Positions 16,656 through 25,265 of a stretch of DNA of 32,000 bases are shown in pieces (the first letter of the stretch is position 1; each line of letters begins with the position of its first letter). The stretch is from Cupriavidus necator. GTDB taxonomy: Bacteria; Pseudomonadota; Gammaproteobacteria; Burkholderiales; Burkholderiaceae. The translations under genes and the position numbers were made by a program. The notes under the pieces were generated by a model. That model ran no database searches. It was not told the origin of the DNA and saw nothing but the letters and a program-made list of their open reading frames with translations. Location: NCBI RefSeq assembly GCF_016127575.1, contig NZ_CP066019.1, positions 1,020,001 to 1,052,000 of the forward strand. Direction: 5' to 3'.

Positions 16656-17303
16656 TCACAGCGGCGCCGGCTGAGGCTGGCTGGCAGGCGTGGCCGCGGC
16701 GGGCTTCTTGTTGTCAGTGCCGCTATATGAGAAGTACTTCGCCTTCGCGCCCCTGGCCCAGTACGCCACCGTGAAGTGCTTGCTGTCGCGCCCATAGAGC
16801 AACTCCAGGCTGCCATTGGCGGCGGACCACTCGGCATAGCCATTCTCCGCCGCGCCTTCGGTCTTGCGCAGGGACGCATAGCGCTCGTCGAGCTTCTTGC
16901 GCACCTCATCCAGCGCCGGGCGCTCGAACGTCATCGTGATCAGCGCCACGGTGTCCTGCGCATCGCAGTTCAGGATCACGCGCGTCAGGCCCTGCAGGTG
17001 GAAGCGCTCCAGGTGCCTGAGCTCGACGGCGTCGCCACCGGCCCACTCGGACTTGCCGGTCCTGGCGTGATTCTGCGGCGGCGCCAGGCGAGAGCACCTG
17101 GCCTTGCCCAGCTCCAGTCCCAGCGGCGCAGCGGTGTTGCCGGCTGCGTCAGGCTGGGCAGGGGGCGCGGCATGGATCGAAACGGATGTCAGCAGGGTGG
17201 CGCAGAGCAGGGCGGCCTGCTGCAGGTTCAGGCGGGAAAGTGCTTTCACGGTCTTGAGGGAAGTTGTCAGCCGGGATTCTACGGCTTTCTTGTTTCCTGC
17301 CAT
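16656..17303 (-). CDS. hypothetical exported protein
   Basis: 215 aa from ATG 17303. An in-frame GTG at 17249 gives a cleaner signal peptide (M)KALSRLNLQQAALLCATLLTSVSIHA|APP. Two Cys, and a Pro/Ala/Gln-rich C-terminal tail. No domain recognised. Confidence 0.6.
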   Translation of the reverse strand: MAGNKKAVESRLTTSLKTVKALSRLNLQQAALLCATLLTSVSIHAAPPAQPDAAGNTAAPLGLELGKARCSRLAPPQNHARTGKSEWAGGDAVELRHLERFHLQGLTRVILNCDAQDTVALITMTFERPALDEVRKKLDERYASLRKTEGAAENGYAEWSAANGSLELLYGRDSKHFTVAYWARGAKAKYFSYSGTDNKKPAAATPASQPQPAPL

Positions 17304-17351
17304 GCATCTTCACGTCTGCCCGTGGTCCTTGCGTACCCGGTCTGCTTGTCA

Positions 17352-17375
17352 TATAGTCCTATTAATAGAACTATA
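17352..17375. promoter_or_regulatory. 24-bp near-perfect palindrome, candidate operator of the downstream operon
   Basis: TATAGTCCTATTAATAGAACTATA: 11 of 12 positions pair, with a perfect CTATTAATAG core. It sits in an AT-rich island 21 nt upstream of ATG 17396. Confidence 0.5.
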
Positions 17376-17395
17376 GAAACAAGGCAGGAGCAAAG

Positions 17396-18646
17396 ATGGA
17401 GACACCGACTGGAGCACTCGCTGGCGTCAAGGTCGTGGACATCACGGCGGTGTTCATGGGCCCCTCGGCCACTCAGATGCTCGGCGACCTCGGCGCGGAT
17501 GTGATCAAGGTGGAGCCGCCCGCGGGCGATAGCACCCGTGGCATCGGGCCCTGCGGCAATGAGAAGATGGGGCCGCTTTTCCTCGGGCTGAACCGCAACA
17601 AGCGCAGCATCGTGCTGGACCTGAAGTCGCCGCAGGGGCGCGAGGCGCTGCTGCGCCTGGTGGCGGATGCGGACGTGCTGGCGTACAACGTCCGGCCCCA
17701 GGCGATGCAACGGCTCGGGCTGGACTACGAGACGCTGGCGCAGATCAATCCGCGCCTGGTCTATGTCGGCATGTTCGGCTTCTCGCAGCGCGGACGCTAT
17801 GCCCCGCAAGCGGCGTTCGACGACCTGATCCAGGCCGCCACCGGGCTGCCCCAGGCGGTTGCCATGGGCACCGGCGACATTCCGCGCTATCTTCCGCTGA
17901 CCATTGCCGACCGTTCCGTCGGACTCTATGCCTTCGGCGTGATCTGCGCCGCGCTCTACGCGCGGGCGACCTCCGGCCGCGGCCAGCGCGTCGATGTGCC
18001 GATGTTCGAAACCATGGTGCCTTACGTGATGGGCGACCATCTCTATGGCGAGACCTTCGTGCCAGCCAAGGGCGGATTCGGTTATCCACGCCTGCTGTCT
18101 CCCGAGCGCCGGCCTTACCGGACCCGCGACGGCCATGTCTGCTGCCTGATCTATCACGACCATCACTGGCGTGCCTTCCTGAAGGTGATCGGCAAGCCCG
18201 GCCTGTACGACACCGACCCGCGCTTCGCCGACATCACTACCCGGACGGCGCACATCACCGAGCTCTACGGCATGGTCAGCGACGAACTGGCCAGGCGGAC
18301 CACGGAGGAATGGCAAGTGCTGCTGAAGGAGGCGGATATCCCGGTGTTCCCGATGCACACCTTTGAATCGCTGCTCGATGATCCGCACCTGAATGACATC
18401 GGCTTCTTCAGCGAATCCGACCACCCGGCGGTGGGCCGCATCCGCGAAATGTCGGTGCCCAGCGAATGGCACGGGACGCCGCCATCGCAGCGCCGCCATG
18501 CCCCGGCCCTGGGCGAGCATAGCCGCGAAGTGCTGCGCGAGGCCGGCTACAACGAGGCCGACATCGACAGCCTGATGGCATCCGGCGCATCGCGCGAACC
18601 GCGCCAGGCATCGGTGCATACGGCTGGCACGGCAAGCGAGGCCTGA
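17396..18646 (+). CDS. CaiB/BaiF family (type III) CoA-transferase
   Basis: 416 aa. LAGVKVVDITAVFMGPSATQMLGDLGADVIKVEPPAGDSTRG, with GGAG RBS. Confidence 0.9.
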   Translation: METPTGALAGVKVVDITAVFMGPSATQMLGDLGADVIKVEPPAGDSTRGIGPCGNEKMGPLFLGLNRNKRSIVLDLKSPQGREALLRLVADADVLAYNVRPQAMQRLGLDYETLAQINPRLVYVGMFGFSQRGRYAPQAAFDDLIQAATGLPQAVAMGTGDIPRYLPLTIADRSVGLYAFGVICAALYARATSGRGQRVDVPMFETMVPYVMGDHLYGETFVPAKGGFGYPRLLSPERRPYRTRDGHVCCLIYHDHHWRAFLKVIGKPGLYDTDPRFADITTRTAHITELYGMVSDELARRTTEEWQVLLKEADIPVFPMHTFESLLDDPHLNDIGFFSESDHPAVGRIREMSVPSEWHGTPPSQRRHAPALGEHSREVLREAGYNEADIDSLMASGASREPRQASVHTAGTASEA

Positions 18647-18648
18647 AC

Positions 18649-19416
18649 ATGAATGAAGAACTCCTGTGCGAAGTCCGCGGCGCGGTCCTCTGGCTGACCA
18701 TCAATCGGCCCGAGCGCCGCAACGCGATCAATCCGGCGGTACTGGACGGGTTGCACGCGGGGATCGACCGTGCCAACCACGATGAGGCCATCCGAGCCGT
18801 GGTCATCACCGGTGCCGGAGACCAGGCCTTTTGCGCGGGCGCCGACCTGCAGAGCGGCAAGTCCTTTGCGTTCGACTATTCGGAGCCGAGCCAGCGGCTT
18901 GCCGACCTGCTGCGCTGCGCGCGGCGCTCCAACGTGCCGCTGATCGCGCGCGTCAATGGCGCCTGCATGGCTGGCGGCATGGGGCTGATGGCCATGTGCG
19001 ACATGGCGGTGGCCAGCGAGCGGGCTGTGTTCGGCCTGCCCGAGGTCAAGGTGGGGGTGTTCCCGGCGCAGGTGCTGAGCGTGCTGCAGCATCTGGTGCC
19101 GCGGCGCGTGCTCAATGAGCTGTGCCTCTGCGGCGAGCCGCTGACCGCGCAGGAAGCGCTGGCGGCAGGGCTGGTCAACCACGTCAGTACGGACCTGGAC
19201 GGCAAGCTTGACTGGCTGCTGGGCCGGCTGCTCGACAAGGCGCCCGCTGCGATCCGGCGCGGGCTCTATACCCTCAAGCATATCGATGCGATGTCCTTCG
19301 AGCAGTCGATGGCGTTCACGGAAAGCCAGATCGGCCTGTTCGCCATGACCGAGGATGCGCGCGAGGGCCAGCTCGCCTTCCGCGAAAAGCGCAAGCCGAA
19401 CTGGACCGGCAAGTAA
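18649..19416 (+). CDS. enoyl-CoA hydratase/isomerase (crotonase) family protein
   Basis: 255 aa. LTINRPERRNAI, ITGAGDQAFCAGADL and GLPEVKVGVFP motifs. Lies 2 nt after the upstream stop. Confidence 0.9.
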   Translation: MNEELLCEVRGAVLWLTINRPERRNAINPAVLDGLHAGIDRANHDEAIRAVVITGAGDQAFCAGADLQSGKSFAFDYSEPSQRLADLLRCARRSNVPLIARVNGACMAGGMGLMAMCDMAVASERAVFGLPEVKVGVFPAQVLSVLQHLVPRRVLNELCLCGEPLTAQEALAAGLVNHVSTDLDGKLDWLLGRLLDKAPAAIRRGLYTLKHIDAMSFEQSMAFTESQIGLFAMTEDAREGQLAFREKRKPNWTGK

Positions 19417-19439
19417 GAGAAAGGCAAGGAGACAGGACC

Positions 19440-21221
19440 ATGCATGACAAGACAGTGCGCATCGGCGGCGCTTGCGGATTCTGGGGCGACAGCAGCGTGG
19501 GCGCGCCGCAACTGGTGCGCCATGGCGGGATCGACTACCTGGTGTTCGACTACCTTGCGGAGCTGACCATGTCCGTGCTGGCCGCGGCTCGCCTGCGCAA
19601 GCCGGAGCTTGGCTACGCCACCGACTTCGTCACGGTGACGATGAAGACCTTGTTGCGGGAGATCGTTGAGTGCAACATCCGCGTGGTCAGCAATGCCGGC
19701 GGCATCAATCCGCAGGGCTGCGCGCAGGCGCTGGCGGCGATCGCCGCCGAGCAGGGCATTGCGGTGCGCATCGCCGTGGTCGAGGGCGATGATGTCATGC
19801 CGCTGGTGGCATCGCTGCGCGAGGCAGGCATCACCGACATGCAGAAGGGCTTGCCGCTGCCGGACAAGCTGGTCAGCGCCAATGCCTATCTCGGCGCGCT
19901 GCCGGTCTGCAAGGCGCTGGACCAGGGCGCGCAGATCGTCATTACCGGCCGCTGCGTGGACAGCGCGGTGACCCTGGGCGTGCTGATGCACGAATTCGGC
20001 TGGCAGGCGCACGATTATGACCGGCTGGCGCAGGGCAGCCTGGCCGGCCACATCATCGAGTGCGGCTGCCAGGCGACAGGCGGGCTGCATACCGACTGGG
20101 AGCAGGTGCCGGATTGGCCGAACATCGGCTATCCGGTGGTGGAGTGCCGGGCGGACGGCAGCTTCCTGGTGGGCAAGCCACCCGCTACCGGCGGACTGGT
20201 CACAACTGCCACGGTGGGCGAGCAGGTGCTGTACGAGATCGGCGACCCTTCGGCCTATCTGTTGCCGGACGTGACCTGCGATTTCACGCAGGTGGCGCTG
20301 CGCCAGGCCGGGCCGGACCTGGTCGAGGTGCGCGGCGCCCGTGGGCGTGCGCCGGGCAACTGCTACAAGGTCAGTGCCACCTATATGGAAGGCTTCCGCT
20401 GCAATGCCCAGCTGACCATCGTCGGCATTGACGCGGCGGCCAAGGCCGAGCGCACGGCCGAGGCCATCCTGGCCCGCACGCGCAGGCTCTTCGCGGAAAA
20501 CGGCTGGGGCGACTACACCCGCACCCGGGTCGAAGTGCTGGGAGCCGAATCCTGCTTCGGGCCGCACGCTGCGGCGCGCCATACCCGCGAGGCCATCATG
20601 CGGCTTGCGGTCACGCATCCCGAGAAGGCGGCGCTTGAACTATTCGCCCGCGAAATCGCGGCGGCCGGCACGAGCTGGTCGCCCGGCACCACGGGATCGG
20701 GCGGCGGACGCGCCAGCCCGTCGCCATCGATCCGGCAATACGCCTTCCTGCTGGACAAGGGTGCGCTGTCGCCGACGGTGGTCATGGATGGCGTGTGGAC
20801 TGCCGTCTCCATCCCGGCCGGGCACGCAGCGACGGACGCCGCCGCCCCCGCCGCGGCGCAGGCTGCCGCCATCCCTGCCGGTGGCGACAGCATTGAAGTC
20901 CCCCTGGTCCGGCTTGCCTACGGGCGCAGCGGCGACAAGGGCGATATCTCCAATATCGGCCTGATTGCGCGCCGGCCGGAATACCTCCCGCTGCTGCGCG
21001 CCGAGGTCACGGCGGCGCGCGTGGCCGACTGGCTGGGCCACCTGGTGCTGGGGCCGGTCTCGCGCTATGACCTGCCGGGCTTCGACGCGATGAACTTTGT
21101 CTGCGAGTCGGCGCTCGATGGCGGCGGCATGGCATCGCTGCGCAATGACCCGCTAGGCAAGGGGATGGCGCAGATCCTGCTGACGATGCCGGTGCGCGTG
21201 CCGCGGAGCCTGCTGTCATGA
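19440..21221 (+). CDS. acyclic-terpene-utilisation AtuA family protein (DUF1446) fused to its small C-terminal partner domain
   Basis: 593 aa. N-terminus VRIGGACGFWGDSSVGAPQLVRHGGIDYLVFDYLAELTMS is typical of DUF1446. An Ala/Pro-rich linker precedes a C-terminal module VRLAYGRSGDKGDISNIGLIAR...NFVCESALDGGGMASLRNDPLGKG. Confidence 0.8.
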   Translation: MHDKTVRIGGACGFWGDSSVGAPQLVRHGGIDYLVFDYLAELTMSVLAAARLRKPELGYATDFVTVTMKTLLREIVECNIRVVSNAGGINPQGCAQALAAIAAEQGIAVRIAVVEGDDVMPLVASLREAGITDMQKGLPLPDKLVSANAYLGALPVCKALDQGAQIVITGRCVDSAVTLGVLMHEFGWQAHDYDRLAQGSLAGHIIECGCQATGGLHTDWEQVPDWPNIGYPVVECRADGSFLVGKPPATGGLVTTATVGEQVLYEIGDPSAYLLPDVTCDFTQVALRQAGPDLVEVRGARGRAPGNCYKVSATYMEGFRCNAQLTIVGIDAAAKAERTAEAILARTRRLFAENGWGDYTRTRVEVLGAESCFGPHAAARHTREAIMRLAVTHPEKAALELFAREIAAAGTSWSPGTTGSGGGRASPSPSIRQYAFLLDKGALSPTVVMDGVWTAVSIPAGHAATDAAAPAAAQAAAIPAGGDSIEVPLVRLAYGRSGDKGDISNIGLIARRPEYLPLLRAEVTAARVADWLGHLVLGPVSRYDLPGFDAMNFVCESALDGGGMASLRNDPLGKGMAQILLTMPVRVPRSLLS

Positions 21222-22045
21222 CACGCGCCAGCGCCAAGGTCGCAGCCAATGGCGGCATCGCGCTGGCCGACGATAACGCCGGCGGCGTGACCCGCTACCG
21301 GCAACTGGCAAGCGTGCTGCGCCACAAGATCGTCGCCGGCGAGTATCCGGTCGGGTTCCAGCTGCCCACGGTCGAGCACCTGGCGCAGGCGTACGGCCTT
21401 GCCAAGGTCACCGTGCGGCAGGCCTTTGCCTTGCTGACCGAGGAAGGGCTGATCAGCAGCCAGCGCGGGCGCGGCACGCACGTCATCATGGTGCCGTCCG
21501 GCCCGGGCGAAGGCATGCGCTCGGCCATCAACGATGTCTCGGTTGGCGCCAGCGGCCTCGAGATCCGCATCCTGGAAAAGCGCAAGAACATGGCCCTGCC
21601 GCCCGGCCTTGCCACCTGCGGCGCGCCGATGGACCGCTACGTGATGCTGCGCAAGCTGCACGTGCATGACGGGATGCCGTTCTGCCTGATCGAGCTGTAT
21701 GTGGCCGACGCGGTGTTCGCCAGGTTCCCGCGCGGCGCTGAGAAGCATCACAAGATTGCCCACTTGCTGCGGGAGCAGCTGGGCGACCGGCTTGGCACGA
21801 TGCGCCAGACCATGACCGTTGAGCCGGCCGACGCCATGCTGGCGCGCGACCTGGACTATGCCTTCGCGGCACCGGTCGCGCGCATTGTCCGTACCACGCT
21901 GGATATCGACGGCAACGTGCTCACGGCGGGCCGCTTCTGGTACCGCGGCGACCGCTTCATCCTCGACGTGGAGATGCCCGCGCAGCTTACCGAGCGCTAC
22001 CCCGAACTGGCCGTGCCGAAAGCTGCTGCCCGGCAAGACGACTAA
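21218..22045 (+). CDS. GntR-family transcriptional regulator (HutC/UTRA-like architecture)
   Basis: 275 aa. wHTH YRQLASVLRHKIVAGEYPVGFQLPTVEHLAQAYGLAKVTVRQAFALLTEEGLISSQRGRGTHV plus a ~170-aa effector domain. The ATG overlaps the atuA-like stop (ATGA). Confidence 0.85.
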   Translation: MTRASAKVAANGGIALADDNAGGVTRYRQLASVLRHKIVAGEYPVGFQLPTVEHLAQAYGLAKVTVRQAFALLTEEGLISSQRGRGTHVIMVPSGPGEGMRSAINDVSVGASGLEIRILEKRKNMALPPGLATCGAPMDRYVMLRKLHVHDGMPFCLIELYVADAVFARFPRGAEKHHKIAHLLREQLGDRLGTMRQTMTVEPADAMLARDLDYAFAAPVARIVRTTLDIDGNVLTAGRFWYRGDRFILDVEMPAQLTERYPELAVPKAAARQDD

Positions 22046-22059
22046 CCAGGAGACAACGC

Positions 22060-22821
22060 ATGACATCGCAATTCGTACGACGCGCCGCCGATGTGCCCGC
22101 CTATTCCCCGGCCAACCATACCGGAACCGCCAACCAGCGCGTGATCGGCAGGGAGACGGTCGGCGCGCGGCGCATCGAAGTGCTGTTGGGCACGATTTCT
22201 CGCGGCCATGGCGCCTTGCCCCATGCGCATCCGAACCTGGAGCAGGCGTCCTACCTGCTGGCGGGCGAGGGCATCGGCGAGGTCGCCGGCAGGGCGCGCA
22301 CCCTGCGTGCGGGCGACTGGGGTTTCAATCCGATGGGCGTATTCCACCGCTTCGAGGTCGTCAGCGACGAGCCGGTGCAGGTCATGGTGGTGTACGCCCC
22401 ACCGTACAGCGAAAACCCGAACGCGGCCGTGGTGGCCAGCGCAGCGGATGATCCCCGCAGCAGCGCGCAGGCGGACAGCCTGCGCGAGGTGCCGATGCAT
22501 GAGGCGGCCCAAAGCCTGCCTCACTACCATCGCGTCCGTGCCAGACCCGTGATTACGCGCGACACGGTCGGCGCTCGGCATCTGGATATTCGCGCACTGG
22601 AGCTCGAAGCCACGGGCGGTGCCGAAGCGCACTCGGTGGCGGCGACTGAGCAGGTGCTGTTCCTGCAGTCGGGTTCGGTCAGCGGCGAGATCAACGACCA
22701 GCAGTTCACCGCGACGTCGGGGGACTGGGTCTTTGTGCCGGAGGGCGGCACTTTCAGCTTTGCGGCGCAAGGTGGCCCGTGCGAGGCCATCCTGGTGCGG
22801 GCGCACGACGCGGTGCCCTGA
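22060..22821 (+). CDS. bicupin protein
   Basis: 253 aa. The N-terminal cupin has intact motifs GHGALPHAHPNLEQASYLLAG and GDWGFNPMGVFH. The C-terminal cupin has degenerate counterparts (GGAEAHSVAATEQ, GDWVFVPEGGTF). AGGAGA RBS. Confidence 0.75.
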   Translation: MTSQFVRRAADVPAYSPANHTGTANQRVIGRETVGARRIEVLLGTISRGHGALPHAHPNLEQASYLLAGEGIGEVAGRARTLRAGDWGFNPMGVFHRFEVVSDEPVQVMVVYAPPYSENPNAAVVASAADDPRSSAQADSLREVPMHEAAQSLPHYHRVRARPVITRDTVGARHLDIRALELEATGGAEAHSVAATEQVLFLQSGSVSGEINDQQFTATSGDWVFVPEGGTFSFAAQGGPCEAILVRAHDAVP

Positions 22822-22880
22822 ATCCGGCCCGCGCAGGGCCCAGACAATGAACAGATGCCAAAGGCACGAGGAGACAGACC

Positions 22881-23867
22881 ATGATTCATCCATGCATGCG
22901 TAAAGTGGCCATCGGGCTGCTGTTGCCGCTGGCCGCGGCCACAGCCGCGATGGCGCAGGCCGCGGACGCCAGCCAATATCCGGACAAGCCAGTCCGCGTC
23001 ATCGTGCCGTTTCCCGCGGGCAGCGGCACCGACAGCAGTGCGCGCTTTGTCGCCGAGCGGATCACCGCGCAGACGGGCAAGCCCGTGGTGGTGGACAACC
23101 GTCCGGGCGCCAACGGCTTCATTGCCGCCAAGGCCGTGGCCGGCGCAACCGGCGACGGCTACACCATGCTGGTGACGACCAACACCACGCATGCTGCCAA
23201 TGCGTCCTTGTTCAAGAAGCTTCCTTATGACCCGATCAAGGATTTCGCCCCGGCATCGCTGATCGCCAAGAGCGGGCTGGTATTGGTGGTGCCGCCCGAC
23301 AGTCCGGTACGCACGCTGGCAGACCTGACGGCGCTGGCCAAGGCAAGAAATGGGACGCTGACGTTTGCCAGCGGCAGTTCGTCGACCCGCATCGCCAGCG
23401 AACTCTACAAGATGCTGGCCGGCGTGCAGGCGCTGCATGTGCCCTACAAAGGGGTGCCGCTGGCCCTGACCGACCTGATGGGGCACCAGATCGATTTCAT
23501 GATCTCCGATATTTCTCCGGCCATGACGCTGATCCAGGGCGGCAAGCTGCGCGCGGTCGCGGTGACCACTGCGCAGCGCAATCCGGTACTCAAGGATGTC
23601 CCCACGATGGCTGAGAGCGGCCTGCCCGGCTATGAGATGGTGGCATGGTCGGCGGCCTTCTTCCCGGCCGGGACGCCGAAGCCCGTGGTGGACCGCATGA
23701 GCGAACTGATGCGGAACGGCCTGACCGGGCCGGCTGCCACCGACTACTTTGCCCGCACCGGAGGTCAGCCTGCGCCATCGACGTCCGAGGAACTGGCCGC
23801 CTTTGTCCGCAGCGAGACCCTGAAATGGGCCAAGGTGATCAAGGCAGCGGGAATCGAGCCCGAGTGA
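22881..23867 (+). CDS. Bug-family (TctC-like) periplasmic solute-binding receptor
   Basis: 328 aa. Signal peptide ...AIGLLLPLAAATAAMAQA, then YPDKPVRVIVPFPAGSGTD. GAGGAG RBS 7 nt upstream. Confidence 0.9.
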   Translation: MIHPCMRKVAIGLLLPLAAATAAMAQAADASQYPDKPVRVIVPFPAGSGTDSSARFVAERITAQTGKPVVVDNRPGANGFIAAKAVAGATGDGYTMLVTTNTTHAANASLFKKLPYDPIKDFAPASLIAKSGLVLVVPPDSPVRTLADLTALAKARNGTLTFASGSSSTRIASELYKMLAGVQALHVPYKGVPLALTDLMGHQIDFMISDISPAMTLIQGGKLRAVAVTTAQRNPVLKDVPTMAESGLPGYEMVAWSAAFFPAGTPKPVVDRMSELMRNGLTGPAATDYFARTGGQPAPSTSEELAAFVRSETLKWAKVIKAAGIEPE

Positions 23868-23868
23868 C

Positions 23869-23918
23869 GTAGGGGGGGGCGTTGATGCGCAGAACGCCTC
23901 CTGCAGGCCTGCCCCTAC
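23869..23918. terminator. compound hairpin between convergent Bug and MFS genes (possible bidirectional terminator)
   Basis: Outer arms GTAGGGG (23869-75) and CCCCTAC (23912-18). Inner arms GGCGTT (23878-83) and AACGCC (23893-98). The right arm overlaps the MFS stop codon. Confidence 0.35.
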
Positions 23919-25162
23919 ACCTCAGGTGCTTGCGCCGGCATGAAGCGCCGGGTAGCGGCCCAGAACACCAGTGCCAGCAAGCTGACCACGGCGCCCAGCG
24001 CGCACACGCCCCGCCAGCCGGCAGCATCATAGACCGCCGTGGTGGCAATCGCGCCCAGCCCGCTGCCCGCCGCGTAGAACAGCATGTACGCGCCGACCAG
24101 CCGGCTGTGCGCCGCGGCATCGGTGCGGAAGATCATGCTCTGGTTGGTGACGTGGATGGCCTGGCCGCCCAGGTCGAGCAGCACGATGCCGATGGCCAGC
24201 GGCCACAGCGAGGTCTCCAGCCATGACAGCGGCAGCCAGGCCGCCACCAGCAGCACCAGTGCCGCGAGCGTGGTGCGCTGCCCGAAGCCCTGGTCCGCCC
24301 AGCGCCCCGCACGCGCAGCCGCCAGGGCGCCCACCGCGCCAACCAGCCCGAAGGCGCCGATGGCCGTATGCGAGAGCCCATAGGGCGGAGCGCTCAGCGG
24401 CAATATCAGCGCGCTCCACAAGATGTTGAACGCCGCGAACATCAGCAGCGCGATCGTGCCCCGGATCTGCAAGACCCGGTTGCGGCGCAGCAGCAGGAAC
24501 ATCGATGCGACCAGGCTGGCGTATCGCATGCGCTGGCCGGCGCTGGCCACCACTGGCAGCGTGCGCCATAGCAGCCATGCAAGCACCAGCATCGCCGCTG
24601 CGGCGCAGACATAGACGTTGCGCCACCCGGCCACGTCGCTGACGCCGCCGGCCACGACACGCGCCAGCAGCAGTCCGATAAAGACACCGCTCTGCGCGGT
24701 GCCGACCACGTGCCCGCGCTCATGCGGTCCTGCAGCCGCGGCCGCATAGGCGACCAATCCCTGGGTCATGGCGGTGCCGAGCAAGCCGGTCAGGAGCATC
24801 CCCGCCAGCAGCACCGTAACGGACGGCGCCAGCGCCACGGCAGCCAGCGCGCCGGCCAGGGCAAGCACCTGTGCCAGCATCAGGCGGCGGCGTTGCACCA
24901 GGTCGCCCAGCGGCACCAGCAACAGCAGCGCCAGGGCACAGCCAAGCTGGGTGGCGGTGACCACGCCGCCGATGGCCCCGGCGCTGATGGAGAAATCCGC
25001 CATCAGCGCATCCAGCAGCGGCTGGGCGTAATAGACATTGGCGACGCTCAGGCCGCTGGCGCAGGCGAACAGCAGCACCGCGCCGCGCGGCAGGTTCGCA
25101 CACGGTGTCGCAGGGCAAGTCGGAGGCGGTGCCGTCACCGGCGTAGCGGGGGAGGTTTTCAT
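23915..25162 (-). CDS. MFS transporter
   Basis: 415 aa from internal ATG 25162 (MKTSPATP...). The upstream 100 codons of the listed ORF are Arg/Ser-rich junk that would overrun the divergent promoter. 12-TM-like hydrophobic profile. Confidence 0.85.
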   Translation of the reverse strand: MKTSPATPVTAPPPTCPATPCANLPRGAVLLFACASGLSVANVYYAQPLLDALMADFSISAGAIGGVVTATQLGCALALLLLVPLGDLVQRRRLMLAQVLALAGALAAVALAPSVTVLLAGMLLTGLLGTAMTQGLVAYAAAAAGPHERGHVVGTAQSGVFIGLLLARVVAGGVSDVAGWRNVYVCAAAAMLVLAWLLWRTLPVVASAGQRMRYASLVASMFLLLRRNRVLQIRGTIALLMFAAFNILWSALILPLSAPPYGLSHTAIGAFGLVGAVGALAAARAGRWADQGFGQRTTLAALVLLVAAWLPLSWLETSLWPLAIGIVLLDLGGQAIHVTNQSMIFRTDAAAHSRLVGAYMLFYAAGSGLGAIATTAVYDAAGWRGVCALGAVVSLLALVFWAATRRFMPAQAPEV

Positions 25163-25175
25163 ACCAGTCCAAGTG

Positions 25176-25227
25176 GTTGCAAAACAAAACCAGTTGAAGC
25201 GTAAGCGTACTGGTTTTAAAATGCAAC
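25176..25227. promoter_or_regulatory. composite inverted repeat in the MFS/HxlR divergent promoter region, candidate HxlR operator
   Basis: GTTGCA (25176-81) and AAAACCAGT (25186-94) are mirrored by ACTGGTTTT (25209-17) and TGCAAC (25222-27). The 14-nt centre contains the direct repeat AAGCGTAAGCGT. Confidence 0.5.
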
Positions 25228-25265
25228 TACATTGACGGGCTGCACAGCCCCAAGGCAACCAAGAC

